This document shows, one piece after another, positions 20,086-30,142 of a stretch of 37,021 nucleotides of DNA. Origin of the DNA: a virus (lineage: Duplodnaviria > Caudoviricetes); the IMG/VR virus record IMGVR_UViG_3300017963_000497, positions 1 to 37,021 of that record, one strand, 5' to 3'. Made by a program: the position numbers and the translations under genes. Position 1 is the first letter of the stretch. The number at the start of each line of letters is the position of its first letter. The notes below the pieces were generated by a model that ran no database searches, was not told the DNA's origin, and saw only the letters and a list, made by a program, of their open reading frames with translations.

Positions 20086-21942
20086 TTATTCTATACCAAG
20101 ATGACTACGTAATTCTAATAATAAACCCTTAAGTATATCTTCAGTAGTCCTCACAGGATTTTCTTTACTACCAACATTTATTGTAACAGGACCATTCTCA
20201 CCTTGAAACTTAAATCTAGCAATGAACGCCGAATGTCTAGCTCCATTAATCTTCTTATCCGACCTTTCAATAACTCCTTTTATTGGAACTCGCTCACCGC
20301 TTGGCATAACAAATTCATCTTCTACTTCATATGTATCCGATAGCTGATAATTAGCTTGATGAACTTTCCACGGAAAACGATTTTCACTCGCCTCTATTTT
20401 ATCTGGAGACATATATACTGTTTTAGCTTCACCAACTAAATTTCCCTTGTTATCAACCTTAAATATACCAACTTGCCTGCCACCTGGAAATACAGGATTA
20501 TTATTCCCCAAACTACCAATAATATTCCATTGATATTGATCCATTGGATATTCTCCCAATAATTCTTCAAAACCCATAGTCTGAGTAAATGGATCAATAG
20601 GATCATAAAATTCTCTGTTTACCGCAGCAACATTACCTTCCTGATCTTCTGCAAAAAAAGTATTCTGGGTTTCACGCTGCTGTTTTGTAACAGGAAGTGT
20701 ACGAACAGGTACAGAGAATCCACTGGTGTAAAACTCCTCGACATATTGTTGGACCTTTTCATACTCTTCAATTTCATTCAAACCTTTAAATTCGTTGGCC
20801 CCAAAATACTCAACTGCTTGATCTTTTATTTTACCATATCTTTGCATGGCTTCATCGTCTCCACGAATCGATCGAGCTAACTCCTCAGCTTCAAATTGAG
20901 CTTTGTCAAAATCTGGATCTCCAAATTTTCCTACTTTTCTCAAAAACCTACTAACTCCACCAGTAGTCTTAGCCCCCGTCAGCTCTGCAATAGTAGGAAT
21001 GTTTCTACGTATTTGTCTGCTAGTTGGACCTTGACCCGACAAACTCCACAATGGTGTTTCTGAAATTTCTGGTCTCACATAATCATCATCTTCAGATTTG
21101 CGACCCGCAGGATATCTTTGACCTGTAACATCCTCTGCTTTAAAACGTTCCCCTATATCGCGAAGCATACCCTTTATTGCCTGTTCTTTCGTTATTCCTT
21201 TTTCTTGCCAATCAGGGTTACGTAACTTATATAATTTCCATTCACGTTGACCAATAACAGTATCAGCAAAATCACGCCATTCTTCTTCAATCACACGATC
21301 TATATCTTTATCTGTTATACCCATTATAGTAAAGCCTTCGGCACTTTTAGCTTTAGCTTCTGGAGACATTTCACTGGTTGGCAATATTCTCTCTTGGATA
21401 TCCGTAAAATAAGTACGCATGGCTTGAGTTGGATCTTCATATGCACTAGGCAAATACTCATAAGTACCCATAGTACTAGTATCATATCTCCCCATTAAAG
21501 CAGGATCCGTAACACCTTCCAGCATTTCATTATACAATCCACGCGATTTCAATTGAGCTTTAGCTTTTTGGCTAGCCAAATAATTTGTGTAACTTGACTG
21601 TATCCTATTTATTCTCTCTGGATCTATAGTCCTACGTATTTCCGCATTAAGCTGTCGCCTTATAACTGGACTCCCTAAATCTTGATCTGAAAACCTATCT
21701 ACAATATCAGATAAATTTCTACGGACATTAGATAAGTAATCCTCATCAATAGAATTTGGTATAGCTTTTAATTCAGCTGCTTCTGCAATCTTTTGGTCCA
21801 AAGAAGCTGCTGTCTGTTCATACTGCTGCCGTTTAAGCTGACTAGCAGCAACCATTTGTTCAAAAGGAATTGGTACATAAGTATTTAACAACTCCAACTC
21901 CAATTGAGCCGGTGTATCATATCGTGTAATACCATTAGCCAT
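20086..21942 (-). CDS. Putative virion cargo/ejected protein (618 aa)
   Basis: Lies between cargo genes and vRNAP; N-terminal RYD...YVPIPFEQM plus helical/coiled-coil region. Call is by synteny. Confidence 0.55.
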   Translation of the reverse strand: MANGITRYDTPAQLELELLNTYVPIPFEQMVAASQLKRQQYEQTAASLDQKIAEAAELKAIPNSIDEDYLSNVRRNLSDIVDRFSDQDLGSPVIRRQLNAEIRRTIDPERINRIQSSYTNYLASQKAKAQLKSRGLYNEMLEGVTDPALMGRYDTSTMGTYEYLPSAYEDPTQAMRTYFTDIQERILPTSEMSPEAKAKSAEGFTIMGITDKDIDRVIEEEWRDFADTVIGQREWKLYKLRNPDWQEKGITKEQAIKGMLRDIGERFKAEDVTGQRYPAGRKSEDDDYVRPEISETPLWSLSGQGPTSRQIRRNIPTIAELTGAKTTGGVSRFLRKVGKFGDPDFDKAQFEAEELARSIRGDDEAMQRYGKIKDQAVEYFGANEFKGLNEIEEYEKVQQYVEEFYTSGFSVPVRTLPVTKQQRETQNTFFAEDQEGNVAAVNREFYDPIDPFTQTMGFEELLGEYPMDQYQWNIIGSLGNNNPVFPGGRQVGIFKVDNKGNLVGEAKTVYMSPDKIEASENRFPWKVHQANYQLSDTYEVEDEFVMPSGERVPIKGVIERSDKKINGARHSAFIARFKFQGENGPVTINVGSKENPVRTTEDILKGLLLELRSHLGIE

Positions 21943-21944
21943 AA

Positions 21945-22955
21945 TTAATCAACTTCAAATCGTAATCTATAATCCTCATCAAATGCATATGGAGATGCCA
22001 TTGATTTTGCCAACTCATAAAGCCTTTCATCACGCAAACGCTGGTTGCGCATCAGTCTATTTGTCAGTCTATTTGTTTGTGCAATATTCGATAAATTAGA
22101 CATTGCCTCAGACATATACCGTCTACGAGCTGCTCTAGTCCTAGCATTGATATCTTCAATAGCAAACCTAGTACCAACATCTTCGGCACCAAGTCCAGCC
22201 CTAAATTTCGCTTCTTCACCTCGTAAACCGAGATTTTCTCTTTGGGCCCTCGATAGTGCAGAAGCCCTATTACGCAATCTCCTTGTTGATGCACCAGCTA
22301 ACCTATTTGCTAATGTACCAGCTGATTGGGCACCAATATTACGTAATGCTTGCCTATAAACAGCATCTGCTTCTTCAGCAGCAGCAAGCTCCTCACGAGG
22401 ATCATAACGTCTACCAGCCATTAAACTGACTGCACGGTTATACTCCGGATTCCTGTAATCAGCATAAGATAATTGATCAGCCGGACGCAATCCTTGAATC
22501 AAATTATACATAGCTGGAGCATAAGCTGCACCCATGTACCCAATCTCTCCGAGGCCTTTACCAATCTTACCAGCTAATGGGCTGCCTAAAAACCTGCCTA
22601 TACGGGATTTATAATGGCCTTGACCATGACCTTGACCACTGATATCTTCTGTCCCAAGTATGTTACTACCTAAATTACCAATACCCCCAGTAAGTCCACT
22701 AATCAAATTAGATAAAACCCCCTCTGTACCAGGTGTTACCCCCAAAGTAGGATGAGTTGACAATGCTTGCGATAGCCCCCCAGTAAGGGCCGCACCAAAT
22801 TGAGCTTTAGGCCTGCGTAAATTACAACCCCTTGCGCATTTGCGACCAACGCGACCACCTTTTGACATTTCTTGCTCTTCAAACAAATCATCAAGTTGCT
22901 TGTTAAGCTTATCAATCATACGTTGCGCTGTTTGTTTTTGAATTCTTGTAGCCAT
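21945..22955 (-). CDS. Putative cargo/ejection protein, Gly/Ala-rich with C-terminal helical region (336 aa)
   Basis: Gly-rich weakly hydrophobic middle, Ala/Arg/Asn-rich helical C-terminus; coupled to the upstream gene by TAATG; synteny. Confidence 0.55.
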   Translation of the reverse strand: MATRIQKQTAQRMIDKLNKQLDDLFEEQEMSKGGRVGRKCARGCNLRRPKAQFGAALTGGLSQALSTHPTLGVTPGTEGVLSNLISGLTGGIGNLGSNILGTEDISGQGHGQGHYKSRIGRFLGSPLAGKIGKGLGEIGYMGAAYAPAMYNLIQGLRPADQLSYADYRNPEYNRAVSLMAGRRYDPREELAAAEEADAVYRQALRNIGAQSAGTLANRLAGASTRRLRNRASALSRAQRENLGLRGEEAKFRAGLGAEDVGTRFAIEDINARTRAARRRYMSEAMSNLSNIAQTNRLTNRLMRNQRLRDERLYELAKSMASPYAFDEDYRLRFEVD

Positions 22956-23926
22956 TACGATAATAATTTCTTATACTTCTCTATTTGTTTTTTTATTTCA
23001 TCAGCCTTGTCAGCATACGTCATTTTTTTATCATATTTTAATTCATCACTAAATACCCTAGTATTCTCTTGGGCAGTAACATTAATTCCGCCTTCCCTAT
23101 GACTAGGCCCTTTTGGTCTATCCATCGTACCATTAGGAAATTGCACGACCTCACCACCTTCTATCTCAGCTTGAGCATAAGGTATTGATCCACCCATAGG
23201 AAATGTTGGAGTATATGGATTATTCGATTGCCCCTCTAACGAATTAAGATAAGATTCCTGCCTAGCTGCAGATTTTTGTGCTCTTAATGCCCCCATTTGC
23301 TGTTCATATAAATCTTCTTGTTTATTAGCTGCTATGTCACCAGTAACTTCCCCAGTTATATCACCAATACCACTTGTTATAAGGGGTAAAGTTGCAGGCA
23401 AAGCAGCACCACCTGATATTATTGTAGCAGCAATACCACCAGCTGTCTTAAGACCACCCCATACACCCTGCAAATTATCTTTTAACCAACCACCAAGGCC
23501 ATACTCTTCGGGACTCATTAAATAGCCACCATACTGTTTCTTCCAACCTTTACGTTTAGCTATACGATCGGCAGCTGCCCTTATGCCCGCTGGGTTAGGG
23601 GCATGACGAGCATAAGCTTTAGCAGCACGCCATTGTTTTTTATTAGTAACAGGGTATGAGCCTTTAGGTGCACCACCAGCTGGACCAACAAATGGACCTT
23701 CCTTAGCACCTGAAGTTTTACGTTTTTTACCAACATTACTACCGCCAGGTCTTTTACGAGCTTTCTCAATATTTTTAGGCAAACTACCACCCCCTTTCAT
23801 TTGTGGTTTAGCACCACCAGCAACTGCACCAAAAAATCGTTTTTGCTTATCAGTCAAAGGTTTACTATGTACAGAACCGTGGCGTAATATTTCCTTAGCT
23901 TTGCTTGATGTTAATTTCCTTGCCAT
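22955..23926 (-). CDS. Putative cargo protein with basic N-terminal modules and EGGE...GPSHxxGG domain (323 aa)
   Basis: Lys/Arg-rich first ~130 aa, Gly-rich hydrophobic segment (GGIAATIISGGAALPATLPLI), C-terminal AEIEGGEVV...GPSHREGGI...VFSD; follows the muzzle gene. Confidence 0.6.
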   Translation of the reverse strand: MARKLTSSKAKEILRHGSVHSKPLTDKQKRFFGAVAGGAKPQMKGGGSLPKNIEKARKRPGGSNVGKKRKTSGAKEGPFVGPAGGAPKGSYPVTNKKQWRAAKAYARHAPNPAGIRAAADRIAKRKGWKKQYGGYLMSPEEYGLGGWLKDNLQGVWGGLKTAGGIAATIISGGAALPATLPLITSGIGDITGEVTGDIAANKQEDLYEQQMGALRAQKSAARQESYLNSLEGQSNNPYTPTFPMGGSIPYAQAEIEGGEVVQFPNGTMDRPKGPSHREGGINVTAQENTRVFSDELKYDKKMTYADKADEIKKQIEKYKKLLS

Positions 23927-23928
23927 AG

Positions 23929-24105
23929 TTATCTCTTTTTCTTTCTGGCTTTACGCCGCCTTGCTATAGTATGAAATGCACGGCACAACGCTAAAGCCCG
24001 ACCAGTACAGCCAGGTCTATCACAATTGGGACCGCATTTGCCTTTAGTACCTCTACGTTTAACAGATGCTGCGGCTTTCCTTATCCATTTCTTCTTTTTA
24101 GCCAT
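23929..24105 (-). CDS. Small highly basic Cys-containing protein (58 aa), not in the ORF track
   Basis: MAKKKKWIRKAAASVKRRGTKGKCGPNCDRPGCTGRALALCRAFHTIARRRKARKKKR*; fills the gap between muzzle stop (24109) and the next ATG (23926) with 2-3 nt spacers. Confidence 0.85.
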   Translation of the reverse strand: MAKKKKWIRKAAASVKRRGTKGKCGPNCDRPGCTGRALALCRAFHTIARRRKARKKKR

Positions 24106-24108
24106 CAC

Positions 24109-27100
24109 TTATCTTATTGAGTGTCTATAGGTCAGCCCAATAAATGGACATGAAAACCTATAATATTTTTTATATGAGTTTGTTGCAGAATTATTTTCAT
24201 AAGTAAATTTAACCGTCAAATATTTATCGCGCATGCGTTCGCGAAATGCGCGTGCCAAATCTAAATAACTATCACTAAATAAAGGATAATTATCTGAAAC
24301 ATCCCTATCAAAAGCATTCCTAGGAACAGCCATAGTAAATCCTCGTTCTCGTCTATCGTACGGAACTTCAGTATTTAAAGTAGTAGTACGAAACGCTAAA
24401 TCTAATTCACTTGTATTCTGATAGTCGTTATAACAATGTATCTTATTCCAAGTTTCCTCAAATCTGTTATAAAAATAATTTCCAAAATCCTCCCAATGAT
24501 CTTCCTGACCTTGAGCATAATAAACTTCTGTAACCCATTCAAAATTATCAAATACTTTGGTTAACTGATAATCAGGATTAAAAACAGTTATTAAATAAGA
24601 ATCATAAAATGCAAAATCATCATCTGTTTCATAAAAAGCCCCGTACACTCCGGTATTATGTCTAAACAATCTATTAGATAAAGAATTTTCTGTAGTAAAA
24701 AAATGATGATCAAAATCTATATAGTGACCAGGTGTAAACGAATAAAATGAATCAAAGGCATCTATAGTCTCATTAAAATTAAATGTAACTTTATCAACTT
24801 CAGGAGCAAAATATAAAGCATCACCGGGTGTTTCATAATTTTCTATTCCCAATGGTTGAAAAATAGACTTCATAACATAATATCGACCATTAATAGATAT
24901 CACACAGGGTGCACTCATACCAGTTACATTGCCTCCCATATTATAACCTGGCGCACCACCAAGAGTTCCACTTCTGCCAGGCCATATCGTAAATGTTACA
25001 CCCCTATTTTTACGGTCAATAACTGCATGAACATTTGCAATATTATCAAAATTTTTTAAATACGATGACATACCCTTTGCCGTAGCTAATGAATTGCTAC
25101 CGCCTCCGCGACTATAAACACCACGTACACCAGTAGTAAATCTATAAATTTCCCTATTGTAGTTGTCAAGCCAATAACAAGCTTCGTCACTTACAACAAC
25201 ACCAAATTTATTAGCATTACCAATATCATCTGAAATATAATCAACATGATCAAGTAATCCACCAGTACCCAATACCAAACCAGTACCTTCCTCCGTAGAC
25301 AAAACTGTTCTTGCATTTACTGAAACTATGCCAAATGCATGGTCCTGCCAAAACATGAGATGATTCTTATAAGCTTCAATATTGTTAATCGGTCCTGGGG
25401 CTTTATCTAAGTCTATGAAATTATTAGTCCTAAATTTAAACCAACTATCCGATACTTCACCATCAATCTTCAAATCTGAATAGCGTATTCTAGTATCATA
25501 CTTACTTTCAATAGAATATAAATCATCAACGGGTTTTGCTAAAAAGGGAATAAGAATATTTTCTTGAGAATAAACAGTGTTATATAAATACAAATCAGTT
25601 TCTTGCTCATATTCACGATCACTATTATCAACTTGAGTACCCCCTGTTTCTTGAGTCATTTCTAATTTAAGTTCCTGCGAAGACGTAGACGCCGGAAGTA
25701 ACTTATTTAAATCACTCTTACTATGCTTAAAATTTAAATTAATGGTAGTTTCAACAGGAAACATAATTCCTTCCATCTGATAATCATCAGTAAGTTGTGA
25801 TAAATCACCAATTAAATTAAAATAATCAAAATAACAGATGTAAGTATCTCCTCCGTACACATTATCTTGACCTTTTGATATTTCAATATTACCAGCAGCT
25901 TGATAAGTATTTCTAGATCTATCTTCATATGTGTTACCACCATATTGACTCAACCAATTATTACGACGATAATTACACAAAAACCTATACTTGTCACTAT
26001 TTGAATCATTAGCCGGATACCAAGTACCACTTCCGCTATGTTTAACCAATAAAGAAGTACCTTTAAAAAACGTATCTGCAGCCGTATGATCTAAAATATG
26101 AGCAGAATTTGTACCCCCTAAATTATACGTTGCTGAACTCGGAGAAATAATTCTACACGTGTCTATCGAATCTATTGAAGTTGTTGCTAAAGAATGGCCT
26201 TCCCATTCAGAAACTTTACTTATAGTTATATAACTACCCTGACCAGTATTTTTATAGAAACCACCGTATTTTACATAACTACCCGATTGATTAGTTGTAA
26301 ACGCAACATCTGTAGAAGTAACATGAGTTGCATCCGGTATATCAGTAATTGCCCAAGTTCCATTATAATCTGTTGTTCCCCAAACAACTATACTACTTTC
26401 ATCATCAACAAAACCACTTGAATCCGTAACTTCAAATATCGTTCCAGTTCCCCCATCTGTTGCTGTACCAATAACACTACCACCAATAACATTCTGTGCA
26501 ACAGCAACAAGCTCATCACCACTACTATAAGTTAAATTCTTATTTATAGAAATTTCTGGAGAATTTAAATAAACATATTCGTGATTCGCATTTGCATTTG
26601 CATCACTGTTTGCTAAAAATTCTGGAAATTCGTGGGTAGTGACAAGTCTAGTTGATGTCAATAAACCTTGTGCTAATATATTTCTATCTTTAAAACCCTC
26701 ACGTTTGACTCGTACAATTTGATAAGCAGCCGCATTACTAGGCAAATCACCGTGAACATTAAAACGAGGAATAACAGTATTCGCTTGAACATCTCCAGAG
26801 CTAATTTCAGTAATCTTCAAATCGTTTGCATTTGGCATACGTAGATCACATATCCAGCGTACGTATGAACGACGACCTTTACTATCATAAAACACTATAC
26901 CAAATCTATATATCTCGTCACGCATGTAGCCAACATATTGAGAGGAAATATAAGGACTCGCAAAACCAGTGTACGATGTGTTATCAGATTCAGATTCGGT
27001 TACCTGATAATGTGGACTTGCTGGATCTGTACTAGTGTGATCAAATCGTGTAACATCGTCATCAATAAGAATAGCTTTTGTTTGAAAATCAACACTTATA

Positions 27101-28722
27101 TTCAATCCTTCTGCACCTAGAGTACTTCCATCAGATTGGTATTTATGTTGATGACTACCACTCCCATCATTGTCATAATCATTAAACCTATTTATACAAT
27201 CATAAGTTTCAGGTATATCTTCAGTTAAATAGGTATTTCCTGTCGCAACCGGGGCACCCCCACCAGTAACAGTATATTCAGTCCACGTATATGTCTCTAA
27301 TGTGGTACCACTTGTAATATCTAAATAAGTATAATTATCTGAGTCTACATAATCATGATAAAGTTTTGTATCATCTGATGCCTCAAATCTGTAAGATCTA
27401 GCATCCCAATCCCCTATATCAAAATAATCTTCTTGTATATTAGCTGCAAATAAATAATTATCTTTTGTTTCTAAATCCTCAGCTTTAAATAATGAACGAT
27501 CAGCAACACTAAGTTCAACTGCAGTATAAGTTCCTAGTGTCTCCCCAATATCTGTTAATGTTATTGTAGAAGAAACATCTGAATCAATTGATTTTTCTTC
27601 AAATACCCTAATAGTTGGAGTACCATTCAAAGAATCATAATGAATTGCAATACCCCTAATAAAATTATAACCCGTATTTGTATTATCAACAGTAAGCTTA
27701 ACACCCTTACCACTACTTACGCCTTGCTCAAATCCCTCATAATGTTGTGAATCTGCTAAATTCTCATTATCTGCTGTCAAACTAATTAAATGGCTCAAAG
27801 GGGCAAACAAAGTTTCAGAACCACTAGATTTATAAAGTTGATAAGTATACTGGACGGATCCAACAGGTATGTAACCAGTAATCAAAGAACTAATATTAGC
27901 TTTATCTAATGTAGCGTTGGGAATCATATCAAATCTATCAGCATTTTGATTCGCCACATCAGTATCAAATATATTCACCCAACGAACTGGATTATAACCA
28001 TCAGTCCAATAAACTTTTGCAATATCTTCAGTTTCATAACGACCAACCGTTTTAAACCTATGATGAAAAAGAAAATCTAAATTATCAGTAGAATCTGTAG
28101 CAATATCATCATATATAAGAGCGGGATAATCAGAATTTAAAGTTGGATTGATATACACATTGTTATTATCAACTAACTCACCTTCTTTTGATATTTTAAA
28201 AGCATAGATTTGATTTCTTGACCAATACCATTTACCACTATCTGTACCACCATAAGTAGCTTCAATATTAAAAGTACTACTCGTTACAGTGCTAACCTCA
28301 TAAGTCCCATCATAATTTAAAGAATCAGTGATCGTAACACAAGTGGGAGTACCAAAATCATCTAATACACCACAGCCTGTGGCACCAGTTAACTGAACTT
28401 CGCCGCCCCCAGGATTAGCCGCACCTGTAAAAGTACCGTTTATTGGTGTATCTAAAACACTCTGTTCAGCATTATTGGTGGTGAATACAACAAGCCAATC
28501 CCTAACTTTTGCAGTACCAACAATCCACTGACCAGCCATTATTTCATCATACCAAAGTGCTTCATTACCCTTGATATTCTCAATAGCTCCACTAGTACCT
28601 CCATCATCAGAGGACACACGCATATTAAGGGCCTCCCTATATGCGCCTTGAGGAAGCATAGACTTATCTATGTCCTTGTTCATCCCCTTTGTGAAAGTAT
28701 TTAAAATAGATTTACTAGCCAT
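24109..28722 (-). CDS. Tail muzzle / tail stabilization protein (P22 gp10-like, crAss-like)
   Basis: N-terminal NTFTKGMNKDID...YREALNMR...GAIENIKGN, VYWTDGYNP, YMRDEIYRFGIVFYD, YGGDTYI, C-terminal RMRDKYL; beta-rich; follows ring protein gene. Confidence 0.8.
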   Translation of the reverse strand: MASKSILNTFTKGMNKDIDKSMLPQGAYREALNMRVSSDDGGTSGAIENIKGNEALWYDEIMAGQWIVGTAKVRDWLVVFTTNNAEQSVLDTPINGTFTGAANPGGGEVQLTGATGCGVLDDFGTPTCVTITDSLNYDGTYEVSTVTSSTFNIEATYGGTDSGKWYWSRNQIYAFKISKEGELVDNNNVYINPTLNSDYPALIYDDIATDSTDNLDFLFHHRFKTVGRYETEDIAKVYWTDGYNPVRWVNIFDTDVANQNADRFDMIPNATLDKANISSLITGYIPVGSVQYTYQLYKSSGSETLFAPLSHLISLTADNENLADSQHYEGFEQGVSSGKGVKLTVDNTNTGYNFIRGIAIHYDSLNGTPTIRVFEEKSIDSDVSSTITLTDIGETLGTYTAVELSVADRSLFKAEDLETKDNYLFAANIQEDYFDIGDWDARSYRFEASDDTKLYHDYVDSDNYTYLDITSGTTLETYTWTEYTVTGGGAPVATGNTYLTEDIPETYDCINRFNDYDNDGSGSHQHKYQSDGSTLGAEGLNISVDFQTKAILIDDDVTRFDHTSTDPASPHYQVTESESDNTSYTGFASPYISSQYVGYMRDEIYRFGIVFYDSKGRRSYVRWICDLRMPNANDLKITEISSGDVQANTVIPRFNVHGDLPSNAAAYQIVRVKREGFKDRNILAQGLLTSTRLVTTHEFPEFLANSDANANANHEYVYLNSPEISINKNLTYSSGDELVAVAQNVIGGSVIGTATDGGTGTIFEVTDSSGFVDDESSIVVWGTTDYNGTWAITDIPDATHVTSTDVAFTTNQSGSYVKYGGFYKNTGQGSYITISKVSEWEGHSLATTSIDSIDTCRIISPSSATYNLGGTNSAHILDHTAADTFFKGTSLLVKHSGSGTWYPANDSNSDKYRFLCNYRRNNWLSQYGGNTYEDRSRNTYQAAGNIEISKGQDNVYGGDTYICYFDYFNLIGDLSQLTDDYQMEGIMFPVETTINLNFKHSKSDLNKLLPASTSSQELKLEMTQETGGTQVDNSDREYEQETDLYLYNTVYSQENILIPFLAKPVDDLYSIESKYDTRIRYSDLKIDGEVSDSWFKFRTNNFIDLDKAPGPINNIEAYKNHLMFWQDHAFGIVSVNARTVLSTEEGTGLVLGTGGLLDHVDYISDDIGNANKFGVVVSDEACYWLDNYNREIYRFTTGVRGVYSRGGGSNSLATAKGMSSYLKNFDNIANVHAVIDRKNRGVTFTIWPGRSGTLGGAPGYNMGGNVTGMSAPCVISINGRYYVMKSIFQPLGIENYETPGDALYFAPEVDKVTFNFNETIDAFDSFYSFTPGHYIDFDHHFFTTENSLSNRLFRHNTGVYGAFYETDDDFAFYDSYLITVFNPDYQLTKVFDNFEWVTEVYYAQGQEDHWEDFGNYFYNRFEETWNKIHCYNDYQNTSELDLAFRTTTLNTEVPYDRRERGFTMAVPRNAFDRDVSDNYPLFSDSYLDLARAFRERMRDKYLTVKFTYENNSATNSYKKYYRFSCPFIGLTYRHSIR

Positions 28723-29654
28723 TAAGTATTGGGATTAACAATATTGTCTTTATTATAAATAACTTGCTCTTGTCCAAGCGTTGAAAAGAAATCAGAATGT
28801 TCACGTATTTCAGGAACAAGTCGTAACCACGAATTTTTAAACGATTCAAGCTGATCAGCTGCGGGCATCATAGCGTTGCCATAAGCTTGTTTACAATAAT
28901 AATTCCATGAACGTCTGGCATCATAATAAACTGCATCACGCACCCTGCCGGCAACCCACTCCGGATACATTAATTTCATATTAATATACCAATACAAAGC
29001 ATCTAAAAAAGATGGATCATCAGGAACCAACGGATAACCATCAATATCCAAAGGAATAGCTTGATAAGCCATCATTAAATATCCTGTTTCTTGATTAGTT
29101 TTTATCCAACCACCAGGTGTAATTACATATACATAATCCACTGTTCGCGAGGTACTACCCTCACTTGCAGCACGCTTATCCAATACCAATCCAGCAATTA
29201 CACTTCGCAATGCAGGATCATTGTTAATTTTCAATAATGCAGCATCATAATCAATACTATACAAAGTCATAGTTAAAGTAACGATATCAGCGGTAGAAAC
29301 GACATCATCTAATGAGGTTGACTCCTCGTCACTAGTAAGACCATGAGCTGCTTCAAAACTACCAGTCGCATATCGCATGGGATAAAAAGAACCGTCCTCT
29401 GTTGAAGAGTAACCAACTTGCACAAGCCGATGAAAACCTGAAGGTAATTTAGCTTGGTAGTTGACTAACTCTAACAAGGGTTCGCCCTCTTTACCAGCAA
29501 CTTTTGTAACAAAATATGGGTAAGCCCCAATTTTCTCAAGTGCCTCGCCAGCCCACTCCACCATATCACTAATCCGATGGTCACCTTCTTTCGCATCACG
29601 ATCAGTAAGTACTTTAGCAATGACACGTTTTATGCTCGTTAAATTATATATCAT
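28722..29654 (-). CDS. Tail ring / tubular protein (P22 gp4-like)
   Basis: SIKRVIAKV...EWAGEALEKIG...AKLP...Y.AIPLD.DGYPLVPDD.SF.DAL.WYI; ring-IHF-ring-muzzle order typical of crAss-like phages. Confidence 0.7.
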   Translation of the reverse strand: MIYNLTSIKRVIAKVLTDRDAKEGDHRISDMVEWAGEALEKIGAYPYFVTKVAGKEGEPLLELVNYQAKLPSGFHRLVQVGYSSTEDGSFYPMRYATGSFEAAHGLTSDEESTSLDDVVSTADIVTLTMTLYSIDYDAALLKINNDPALRSVIAGLVLDKRAASEGSTSRTVDYVYVITPGGWIKTNQETGYLMMAYQAIPLDIDGYPLVPDDPSFLDALYWYINMKLMYPEWVAGRVRDAVYYDARRSWNYYCKQAYGNAMMPAADQLESFKNSWLRLVPEIREHSDFFSTLGQEQVIYNKDNIVNPNT

Positions 29655-29656
29655 GG

Positions 29657-30142
29657 TTACCTTTGTTCAATATAATCATAATCGCCAGACTTTATACAAG
29701 CAGCCAGCGCCCGCTTATTTGCACGAGTAAGCACCAAACGGTATTGACCTATGTTTGGTGTACTCCTTATCAATTTCTTTGACCACCTAAACCTATACTT
29801 ATAATTATTGGAATGATCATTTGTATGATAAATATAATGACCGTGTTTTTTAGTTAGTTCCCAATCGATAGGCAAATGGTCTTTATCAAATTTTTTTAAT
29901 TTCTTTTTGATTACCATAACATCCCCCATGCGGAAAGGCAACCTAAATCTCCACCCTTTCTTAAGCACGTTGTCCATAGCAATTTTATAGTAATCTTCAC
30001 ATATTGATACATATTCATTATATGTTACATGATAAGGAGAATCTTCATTTATATCTGCTATATAATCCTCATACATATCAACGAAAGTATATGGATTACG
30101 AACTCTGTTTTTGCTCCTTGGTTTGGGTTGTTCTTTCGACAT
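29657..30142 (-). CDS. IHF/HU-like DNA-binding protein (crAss-like)
   Basis: Helical N-terminus, then FRLPFRMGDVMVIKKK, IDWELTKK, YKYRFRW, TRANKRALA; basic; sits between ring genes. Confidence 0.65.
   Translation of the reverse strand: MSKEQPKPRSKNRVRNPYTFVDMYEDYIADINEDSPYHVTYNEYVSICEDYYKIAMDNVLKKGWRFRLPFRMGDVMVIKKKLKKFDKDHLPIDWELTKKHGHYIYHTNDHSNNYKYRFRWSKKLIRSTPNIGQYRLVLTRANKRALAACIKSGDYDYIEQR

Noticed and set aside
24228-24252. GC-rich inverted repeat cgcgcat...atgcgcg
   Set aside because: Lies in muzzle coding sequence (ARAFRERMRD), explained by Arg/Ala codons; no U tract.
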